From IMG/VR virus record IMGVR_UViG_3300021399_000006, positions 1-14,127 of that record: a stretch of 14,127 nucleotides of DNA. The stretch is one strand, 5' to 3'. Shown here piece by piece: positions 1-5,093 of the stretch (within the stretch, counting starts at the first letter, position 1; every line of letters begins with the position of its first letter). Position numbers and translations under genes: made by a program. The notes beneath the pieces are model-generated. The model was given only the letters and a program-made list of their open reading frames with translations, ran no database searches and was not told where the DNA came from. This DNA comes from a virus.

Positions 1-138
1 CCCATTCACATCAGGGGCTTTAGGTCTCACTGTATGTAGCCGGATTCACCCTTCCTATCCCCCACTCATACAGGATGGTTGATCGTTTTTATACCGCATC
101 TCCATTCTACGGTCAACTGAGCATTTGGCTCAGTTCAA

Positions 139-220
139 GCCAGCAATAGGATTTGAACCTATATCGTATTAGGCCTTACACTCCTTGGGGGAGCCGCTTT
201 ACCAATTAAGCTATACTGAC
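139..220 (-). tRNA. tRNA-like, class II length (82 nt), irregular anticodon arm; possible pseudogene
   Basis: T-arm ATAGG-TTCAAAT-CCTAT (146-162). Acceptor GTCAGTA/TGCTGGC pairs 7/7 with two G.U. D-arm GCTT/AAGC. The anticodon stem only folds with a 5-nt loop (CCCAA). The long variable region is about 18 nt. Confidence 0.4.
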
Positions 221-231
221 ATTTTTTTAGC

Positions 232-302
232 AGGGCCGGCGGGGTTCGAACCCACAAATGCAGGAATCAAAATCCTGTGTCTTACCGTTTGACTACGGCC
301 CT
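232..302 (-). tRNA. tRNA-Gln (anticodon TTG)
   Basis: Full cloverleaf: acceptor AGGGCCG/CGGCCCT, D-stem GTC/GAC, anticodon stem CAGGA/TCCTG with loop TTTTGAT, T-arm GTGGG-TTCGAAC-CCCGC, discriminator G. Confidence 0.85.
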
Positions 303-322
303 GTATACAAGAGACATTATTA

Positions 323-393
323 GTAGACCACGGGATTCGAACCCGTATATCAAAATTCGCAGTTTTGTATCTTATCCATTAGATTAAATCCAT
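323..393 (-). tRNA. tRNA with anticodon GCG (Arg); weak acceptor stem
   Basis: T-arm ACGGG-TTCGAAT-CCCGT (330-346). Anticodon stem CAAAA/TTTTG with loop CTGCGAA. D-stem ATCT/AGAT. The acceptor ATGGATT/GGTCTAC has an A1xC72 mismatch and three G.U pairs. Confidence 0.5.
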
Positions 394-439
394 TAATTTT
401 TTTTATTGCTGTGTGTCTCTTTATCAACTTTCTAAATAT

Positions 440-468
440 ATTATAATAAAAATTTTTATTTTTTTCAA
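440..468 (-). promoter_or_regulatory. sigma70-type promoter TTGAAA-17-TATAAT
   Basis: -35 at 463-468 and -10 at 440-445 (reverse complement), exact 17-nt spacer; drives leader and tRNAs at 393-139. Confidence 0.65.
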
Positions 469-472
469 ATAA

Positions 473-546
473 GCACAGAGTGGGATTTGAACCCACGAAT
501 AACGGTTTTGCAGACCGTTGCGGTAACCAGGCTGCGCCATCCGTGC
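473..546 (-). tRNA. tRNA-Cys (anticodon GCA)
   Basis: Acceptor GCACGGA/TCTGTGC, U8 and G9 present, anticodon stem ACGGT/ACCGT with loop CTGCAAA, T-arm GTGGG-TTCAAAT-CCCAC (480-496). Confidence 0.85.
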
Positions 547-587
547 AAAAAAGGTATGAAACATATAAATTTCACACCCCTTTTAAA

Positions 588-776
588 TTAATCAGCTGAT
601 TTTGCTTCAATATATTTAGGTTTAATTATAACTCGTTTTCGTAACGCATGAGTTGTCTGGAACATGCGGAAACGTGCTTCCCGCCTTGCTTCTTCTCGTT
701 CTTTTTTATCCTCAATATCATTAACAGGATTAAAAGACTCTAGGGCATTAGTGCCTACTGTTTTCCATTTAGACAT
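588..776 (-). CDS. hypothetical small protein (62 aa, basic/acidic)
   Basis: ORF with SD AAAGGAG about 8 nt upstream of ATG, TAA stop, co-directional with the operon. Confidence 0.6.
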   Translation of the reverse strand: MSKWKTVGTNALESFNPVNDIEDKKEREEARREARFRMFQTTHALRKRVIIKPKYIEAKSAD

Positions 777-788
777 TAATTTACTCCT

Positions 789-1175
789 TTAGTTAAGAAA
801 ACCTTCAAGAATTTTTACAAATTCATTACGGGTGATAGGGGTTGCCGCAGGTCTCTTTTCTTCTTTTGTCTCTTTTGTCTTTTTCTCTGAAGGCTGTTCT
901 AGAATTACTTCTACTAAATCTGCCAACCAAGGGGTTTCCTTCTCATATGTTTTAATATACTCAACAACTTCTTTGTTAAGAGCTTCAATCTTATCCTCAA
1001 GTCTTGCTCTTGCAAAAGCCTTTTCTGCTTCAAACTGTTTACGCTTTTCTGCTTCTTTACGACGTTTCTCTTCCGCTTCTGCCTCTGCCTTTTTTCTTTC
1101 ACTATCAAATTCGGCTTCAATACATTCTTTTTCTGAATCAAAAAACTCATCCAGAATTTCACTATAAAATTTCAT
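789..1175 (-). CDS. hypothetical E/K-rich coiled-coil protein (128 aa)
   Basis: ORF; SD GAGGAAAAAAGA-ATG; TAA stop; charged heptad-like repeats (AEAEAEEKRRKEAEKRK). Confidence 0.65.
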   Translation of the reverse strand: MKFYSEILDEFFDSEKECIEAEFDSERKKAEAEAEEKRRKEAEKRKQFEAEKAFARARLEDKIEALNKEVVEYIKTYEKETPWLADLVEVILEQPSEKKTKETKEEKRPAATPITRNEFVKILEGFLN

Positions 1176-1215
1176 TCTTTTTTCCTCTCTTTTTAAAATA
1201 TTTTATTAACGAAAG

Positions 1216-1288
1216 GTGGCTAACGGGACTTGAACCCGTAACAAGCGGTACCACAAACCGCTGGACTACCAAATTGTCCTATAACCAC
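1216..1288 (-). tRNA. tRNA-His (anticodon GTG)
   Basis: T-arm ACGGG-TTCAAGT-CCCGT (1223-1239). Anticodon stem GCGGT/ACCGC with loop TTGTGGT. D-stem GGAC/GTCC. Acceptor GTGGTTA/TAGCCAC. Discriminator C, as expected for His. Confidence 0.85.
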
Positions 1289-1291
1289 AGC

Positions 1292-1365
1292 TGGAGTGAC
1301 AGGATTTGAACCTGCGATACCGTGATCCCAAATCACGTGCCTTAACCAAACTAGACTACACCCCA
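1292..1365 (-). tRNA. tRNA-Pro (anticodon TGG)
   Basis: T-arm GCAGG-TTCAAAT-CCTGT (1299-1315). Anticodon stem CGTGA/TCACG with loop TTTGGGA. Acceptor TGGGGTG/CACTCCA. Confidence 0.85.
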
Positions 1366-1387
1366 ATATACAAGACACATAAATAAG

Positions 1388-1411
1388 TATTGATCTACCC
1401 ATTGATCTATT
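1388..1411. repeat. tandem direct repeat ATTGATCTAccc / ATTGATCTAttt
   Basis: Two adjacent 9/12-nt identical units between the T-arm element and tRNA-Pro. Confidence 0.4.
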
Positions 1412-1425
1412 TTGTTTTTCCTGGC

Positions 1426-1487
1426 AACAAAAATGGGATTTGAACCCATAACATATACTTTAGAGTATAAATTGCTGTATGTGTCTT
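1426..1487 (-). ncRNA. truncated tRNA-like element (T-arm plus 3' acceptor-like tail plus hairpin; no D-arm or 5' acceptor)
   Basis: T-arm ATGGG-TTCAAAT-CCCAT (1433-1449) preceded by the hairpin TATAC-TCTAAA-GTATA, whose 6-nt loop contains CUA. Upstream box AAGACACATACAGCAAT. No complementary 5' acceptor strand is found. Confidence 0.4.
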
Positions 1488-1499
1488 ATTATTAAATTA

Positions 1500-1733
1500 T
1501 TAACTTAACATAGCAAAATCTATAAATTTTTTTATATCATCTGCATTATAACAAACTAATTCCATTTCAGGAATGTCTGAATCTTCAAACATTTTAGCAA
1601 AAGCAATATATTGAGTAAGACGACTCTTTAGATTTAATCTATCGCCTTCTCCTGTTACTAATTCAACTTTTCCTGTACATTTGTCAACTGTTTCAAAAAA
1701 CTTTTCAATATCACTAATATGATATAACTTCAT
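1500..1733 (-). CDS. hypothetical protein (77 aa)
   Basis: ORF with SD AAAAGGAGAATAA-ATG; TAA stop. Confidence 0.6.
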   Translation of the reverse strand: MKLYHISDIEKFFETVDKCTGKVELVTGEGDRLNLKSRLTQYIAFAKMFEDSDIPEMELVCYNADDIKKFIDFAMLS

Positions 1734-1854
1734 TTATTCTCCTTTTATATAATCTCTATAAGCACAATATTCATCAAATGTTCCTTTGAATCCATTATTA
1801 ACAGCTTTAAGATATTCTTTGTTTAAAACAACTGAAAAATTAGTTTCCTACTAA

Positions 1855-2154
1855 TTAACTTGCATTACCGATTGCTAACTCATATTCTCTTTCCCTTTCT
1901 GCCATTGCGACAAGGCGTTTTACATCTGAATGATACCAATGTTTACCACCTCGTCTACCTTTTTCTGCCCCAAAAGCAGGTCTATGCTTTTTAGTTTTCC
2001 CGCTACAAAGAGGACAAGAGCAATGAACTTTATTCTTACTATATTGATGCAAATTATTATACCATGAGAAATGGTAAACTTGTTCTGAAATATTTCTTTT
2101 TCTAATTGCTTTTGTTACGCTATTGTGTCTTTTTTCTGCCAAAGTTCTACACAT
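1855..2154 (-). CDS. hypothetical basic Cys/His-containing protein (100 aa)
   Basis: ATG at 2154 is preceded by AAAGGAG at optimal spacing. The track ORF 1855..2307 extends upstream only through a TTG codon across the T-arm element, and that frame is closed by TAA at 2344-2346. Confidence 0.65.
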   Translation of the reverse strand: MCRTLAEKRHNSVTKAIRKRNISEQVYHFSWYNNLHQYSKNKVHCSCPLCSGKTKKHRPAFGAEKGRRGGKHWYHSDVKRLVAMAEREREYELAIGNAS

Positions 2155-2200
2155 AATAAACTCCTTTGAAACTTGATTAACGAAACATTTAACAATTAGC

Positions 2201-2224
2201 GGTGCGAGAGGGATTCGAACCCCC
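2201..2224 (-). ncRNA. T-arm plus 3' acceptor strand of a split/giant tRNA-like structure (see finding at 2201-2750)
   Basis: GGGGG-TTCGAAT-CCCTC followed by TCGCACC. There is no local anticodon or D arm. The matching 5' acceptor GGTGCGG lies about 545 nt upstream on the same strand. Confidence 0.45.
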
Positions 2225-2278
2225 AGCCCAATTAAGAGCAACGGTTTTGAAACGGTTTTAGAAGTTTTTAATAACCTC

Positions 2279-2683
2279 CTAAAAAATATAATCTTTAGCA
2301 AAATCAATATTTGCTGTTTGTCCAGATTTTGTTGGTAAAACTCTTAAAGTTTTTTCTACAAAACCATCTTTAGGAGCAGGATATAAATAAAAAATACCAT
2401 CTTTTTCAGTCATAAAAAAATCTATTTCTTTATTTGTATATTTCATTCTTTTGTTTCCTGCTCCTGTTGAATGCTGGCTATATCCATTAAAAACAAATGC
2501 ACTATGCTCTTCATCCTTCCATCGAGATGTTTTAATTTGTATTTTTAATAGTTTATTATCTACATCTAAAATAAAATCATATCTTGCATTATCAAACAGT
2601 GGTTTAGAAACAATAAAACCTGCTTCTATACATTTTAAGAAACATTTTTGCTATGTCATTGCTCCTTGAATTTGTGTATTCAT
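2279..2683 (-). CDS. hypothetical protein (about 134 codons) containing one internal in-frame TAG (2651-2653); possible nuclease-like (D..D.K) core
   Basis: Reading frame ATG(2683) NTQIQGAMT-TAG-QKCFLKCIEAGFIVSKPLFDNARYDFILDVDNKLLKIQIKTSRWKDEEHSAFVFNGYSQHSTGAGNKRMKYTNKEIDFFMTEKDGIFYLYPAPKDGFVEKTLRVLPTKSGQTANIDFAKDYIF. It is open for about 122 codons after the TAG in AT-rich DNA and ends at TAG 2279-2281 (next TAA 2258-2260). No well-spaced SD; the start is uncertain. Confidence 0.45.
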
Positions 2684-2934
2684 ATTATTATTTTTAAAAC
2701 TAATAATTCCGTTTCAAGACCGCACCTCCTCCCCACTAAGGTACCGCACCATATCAAGGCTTAAAAAGTTTCATTTTCTCTTTTTTCAGAGGTCAATTCC
2801 TATTAAGAATAAGAAATAGAAAACTTTCAAATAAAAGAAACTTGTCTATTTTACGACCAAAATTCTCCTAAGAATCATGTTAAATCTTGTAATTTTCAAC
2901 CCATTAAAAATAAAATTGCCGTATAAGCCTTAGC

Positions 2935-3021
2935 GCGGATGAGTGGATTCGAACCACCGGACCCAAATGTAGGATCAATACCTTAGCAGGGTACCGCATT
3001 AAACCTCTCTGCCACATCCGC
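2935..3021 (-). tRNA. tRNA-Ser (anticodon GCT), class II
   Basis: Perfect 7-bp acceptor GCGGATG/CATCCGC. T-arm GGTGG-TTCGAAT-CCACT. Anticodon stem TACC/GGTA with loop CTGCTAA. Long variable arm. Length 87 nt. Confidence 0.85.
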
Positions 3022-3032
3022 AAATAGGTAAC

Positions 3033-3104
3033 CACCCTTCTGGGATTCGAACCCAGGACTGTTGATTTAGAGTCAACTGACTTAGACCGCTTGTCGAAAG
3101 GGCG
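3033..3104 (-). tRNA. suppressor tRNA, anticodon CTA (reads UAG amber)
   Basis: Acceptor CGCCCTT/AAGGGTG (one G.U), U8 present, D-stem GAC/GTC, anticodon stem GTTGA/TCAAC with canonical 7-nt loop C-U-CUA-A-A, T-arm CTGGG-TTCGAAT-CCCAG, discriminator G. D-loop and discriminator are similar to the neighbouring tRNA-Gln. Confidence 0.8.
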
Positions 3105-3203
3105 TCACCAAGACAGATTAAAATTTGCTTAAATTAGATTAACAGTCCAATACAAAAATTAAAATAAATTGCTGTTTCTGTCTTTCTTTCATCTTATAAA
3201 TAT

Positions 3204-3232
3204 ATTATATAATAATTTTTTTAAAAAATCAA
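3204..3232 (-). promoter_or_regulatory. sigma70-type promoter TTGATT-17-TATAAT, followed by the conserved ATGAAAGAAAGACAGAAACAGCAA leader
   Basis: -35 at 3227-3232, -10 at 3204-3209. The first gene downstream is the CTA suppressor tRNA. Confidence 0.65.
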
Positions 3233-3243
3233 AAAATTTTTAA

Positions 3244-3354
3244 ATGCGGGCAAGGATTTGCACCTTACATGCCCTAATAGCCTTTATGCTACCAGACGTA
3301 TCGGATTATACTGGGGCTTACCTTATAAGCGTCTACCTATTCCGCCACCGCATT
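3244..3354 (-). tRNA. tRNA-Leu-like gene of aberrant length (about 111 nt) with an extra insertion between D-arm and anticodon arm; possible pseudogene or intron-like insert
   Basis: 5' region AATGCGG-T-G-GCGGAATAGGTAGACGC nearly matches the 5' region of the bona fide tRNA-Leu(CAA) here. T-arm TAAGG-TGCAAAT-CCTTG with acceptor 3' CCCGCAT. The middle region only folds as TTATA..(13 nt)..TATAA plus GTAGC-ATAAAG-GCTAT (6-nt loop). Confidence 0.4.
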
Positions 3355-3358
3355 TTTA

Positions 3359-3601
3359 TTATATTTTATATTTATATTCACTTATAATTTTACCATTTTC
3401 ATCAATATGCCATGTATGAGCACATTTAAAAGGATAATTTGCCTTATAAAGATTAATCCAAATATTTCCTCTTGGACAAAACCAATTTGCATAATTATAT
3501 CTTGCATTCATAGCATCATCAAAAGAAGTAAAAAGTTCTTTTATGCTCCCAGAATGTTCGTCATCTTCTGTTTCAATAGCATAAATATCAAAATTTAACA
3601 T
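3359..3601 (-). CDS. hypothetical protein (80 aa)
   Basis: ORF; SD AAAGGAG 9 nt upstream; follows tRNA-Val after a 40-nt gap (co-transcribed). Confidence 0.6.
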   Translation of the reverse strand: MLNFDIYAIETEDDEHSGSIKELFTSFDDAMNARYNYANWFCPRGNIWINLYKANYPFKCAHTWHIDENGKIISEYKYKI

Positions 3602-3640
3602 AAAGCAAATCTCCTTTAAAATATATTTTTAAAACGAAAT

Positions 3641-3713
3641 GCATGATATAGGATTTGAACCTATGACCCTTTCGGTGTAAACGAAATGCTCATCCCAGCT
3701 GAGCTAATCATGC
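3641..3713 (-). tRNA. tRNA-Val (anticodon TAC)
   Basis: Perfect acceptor GCATGAT/ATCATGC. D-stem GCTC/GAGC. Anticodon stem TTTCG/CGAAA with loop TTTACAC. T-arm ATAGG-TTCAAAT-CCTAT. Confidence 0.9.
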
Positions 3714-3888
3714 ATATTGGCGGGAATCTCTTTCCCGCCTAATCCGACTTTTGAATTTCACAGGTATCGGGGAGGGACCAGGGATTAAATCCAGCCCACC
3801 TTAATACTTAGTTTTCAAACATTCCTCACGAAAACTAAAAAAATGGAGGGTCTTCCATATCGCACGTGCATATTGATATAGAATAAGT

Positions 3889-3963
3889 GGACCTTATGGG
3901 AATCGAACCCATCTGACTACTAGTGTGCAAAACTAGTGACCACCCCTTGCAGTCCCAAAGCCC
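3889..3963 (-). tRNA. tRNA-Ala (anticodon TGC)
   Basis: Acceptor GGGCTTT/AAGGTCC with the G3.U70 Ala identity pair. Anticodon stem CTAGT/ACTAG with loop TTTGCAC. T-arm ATGGG-TTCGATT-CCCAT. Confidence 0.8.
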
Positions 3964-4172
3964 AGTACTAAGAGGCCTGATTACCCTCTTTATAGCAGTT
4001 TGATCCTGCTTGCCAATGACGTTATAGGTCCGCCGCCCGCACATTTATTTGCTAAAACACGGTTTCCAGGGTATCTTCGTATAGTCACATTACCGCAAAG
4101 AGATATATACCTTTATCATATTATAGACGCGTTTCTATAATATTCTCCCAAAATTTCTATTGTACATAGAAT

Positions 4173-4245
4173 ACTACGAAGTGGATTCGAACCACTGACG
4201 ACTTCCTTATCAGAGAAGCATTCTAACCTACTGAATTATCGTAGT
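4173..4245 (-). tRNA. tRNA-Ile (anticodon GAT)
   Basis: Perfect acceptor ACTACGA/TCGTAGT. Anticodon stem CTTCT/GGAAG with loop CTGATAA. T-arm AGTGG-TTCGAAT-CCACT. Confidence 0.85.
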
Positions 4246-4422
4246 AAATAAGGGTTAAAAAGAAAGGAAGAAACGCGTTTTTCTTTCATTGAATAACCTT
4301 TCTCAATTAACCATCTAATTTTTATGCCTGCCTAGCCTTACACTAGAATATTACATATGTGATAAGTTGTTCTGTTGCATCGCTATTTTGAACTATCCCT
4401 GTCTCCTTATCAAAATTAGACA

Positions 4423-4445
4423 CCTGCGCGGCCGCAGGCTTTTTG
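4423..4445. terminator. GC-rich hairpin (CCTGCG-CGGC-CGCAGG, contains GCGGCCGC) with a T5 run on the plus side and a weaker T-run on the minus side; probable end of the tRNA-Tyr/Phe transcription unit
   Basis: On the plus strand the stem is followed by CTTTTTG. On the minus strand it is preceded by AAAAAG and followed by TGTCTAATTTTG. It lies 16 nt downstream of the tRNA-Tyr 3' end. Confidence 0.45.
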
Positions 4446-4461
4446 CGGCGTCCCGCTTAGT

Positions 4462-4544
4462 CCTGGCGGAGGGAATCGAACCCACTCGGTGCCGAAGCCA
4501 GCAGATTTACAGTCTGCCCCGTCTCCTTAGCGGTCTACCCCAGG
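4462..4544 (-). tRNA. tRNA-Tyr (anticodon GTA), class II
   Basis: Anticodon stem GCAGA/TCTGC with loop CTGTAAA. Variable-arm hairpin present. T-arm GTGGG-TTCGATT-CCCTC (one mismatch). Acceptor CCTGGGG/CGCCAGG (one mismatch). Length 83 nt. Confidence 0.8.
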
Positions 4545-4552
4545 ATAAAAGT

Positions 4553-4625
4553 GCTCAGAACTAGATTTGAACTAGTAACGCGAGGATCTTCAGTCCTCCG
4601 CTCTACCTATTAGAGCTATCTGAGC
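4553..4625 (-). tRNA. tRNA-Phe (anticodon GAA)
   Basis: Perfect acceptor GCTCAGA/TCTGAGC. Anticodon stem GAGGA/TCCTC with loop CTGAAGA. T-arm ACTAG-TTCAAAT-CTAGT. Confidence 0.9.
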
Positions 4626-4703
4626 ATAACAAGACATATAATTTGTAAATAATGACTGTTTACGAGACAGTTGTCTTAACCATTTGACTACATAAGCGAC
4701 AAT

Positions 4704-4766
4704 GCTTGTGACAGGATTCGAACCTGTAAACTTACAAAAGTAAGAAGTTGCTGTATATGTCTTTGT
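4704..4766 (-). ncRNA. truncated tRNA-like element (T-arm plus 3' tail plus tetraloop hairpin), paralogous to the element at 1426-1487
   Basis: T-arm ACAGG-TTCGAAT-CCTGT (4711-4727), hairpin CTTAC-TTTT-GTAAG, upstream box AAGACATATACAGCAAC (15/17 identical to the box at 1471-1487). No 5' acceptor. Confidence 0.4.
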
Positions 4767-4834
4767 TTTTATGGATTCTTTATTTTATTTGATGTTGGTG
4801 CAGTTATTTGCCTAAATCCATATAAGCCAACAAT

Positions 4835-4914
4835 AATTCTGGTGGGATTCGAACCCACATGCCTATGACCGCAGGGTTTGAGCCTACTGCGTATACCAAT
4901 TCCGCCACAGAATC
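4835..4914 (-). tRNA. tRNA-Leu (anticodon CAA), class II
   Basis: 5' GATTCTG-T-G-GCGGAATTGGTATACGC. Anticodon stem GTAGG/CCTGC with loop CTCAAAC. 12-nt variable arm. T-arm GTGGG-TTCGAAT-CCCAC. Acceptor 3' CAGAATT. Confidence 0.85.
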
Positions 4915-4916
4915 GT

Positions 4917-4999
4917 AGTGGCGAAGGGATTCGAACCCTCAATCCTCTAACGGCAACGGATTTTAAGTCCGTCATGAATACCAGTTCCATCACGCCACC
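4917..4999 (-). tRNA. tRNA-Leu (anticodon TAA), class II
   Basis: Anticodon stem ACGGA/TCCGT with loop CTTAAAA. 15-nt variable arm. T-arm GAGGG-TTCGAAT-CCCTT. Acceptor GGTGGCG/CGCCACT. It nearly abuts the preceding tRNA. Confidence 0.85.
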
Positions 5000-5093
5000 A
5001 TATAAATTTAAACGGTTATAAAGATAAAATTTTATTATTTTTCTATTTTAACAGGGAAAAATAATAAAAGCCTGTCTAACAATTTAATAATGA

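Noticed and set aside
1-138. Possible additional tRNA or ncRNA at the window start (CCGGATTCACCC, hairpin CTGAGC-ATTTG-GCTCAG at 117-133)
   Set aside because: No consistent cloverleaf or T-loop could be built. Only local hairpins are present, and the window edge truncates context.
832-1167. Plus-strand ORFs in the track (832-1167, 1004-1309, 2451-2669, 3407-3598, 4367-4564, 6486-6698, 7321-7518, 8576-8797, 9064-9381, 9684-9911, 12554-13387, 13126-13311, 13384-13755)
   Set aside because: All are antisense to better-supported minus-strand genes or overlap tRNA genes. They lack SD sequences and promoters, and they have low-complexity or Ser/Phe/Leu-rich translations typical of AT-rich antisense frames.
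1220-1402. Minus-strand track ORFs 914-1162, 1220-1402, 3835-4044, 4769-4993, 5195-5404 and 6269-6535
   Set aside because: They overlap well-formed tRNA genes or are alternative frames inside a stronger ORF (914-1162 and 5195-5404). No SD or start context.
1855-2307. Track ORF 1855-2307 with a 51-codon N-terminal extension across the T-arm element
   Set aside because: The extension begins at a TTG (no ATG) and is closed upstream by TAA at 2344-2346. The ATG at 2154 has a textbook SD, so the CDS was shortened to 1855-2154.
3717-3737. GC hairpin GGCGGGAA-TCTCT-TTCCCGCC as an intrinsic terminator
   Set aside because: No U-tract follows on either strand. It sits immediately 5' of tRNA-Val (minus strand), so it is more likely a processing or spacer structure.
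4103-4131. Plus-strand promoter-like TTATCA-17-TATAAT
   Set aside because: Weak -35, no plus-strand gene or SD downstream (everything is on the minus strand). It is probably a fortuitous AT-rich match.
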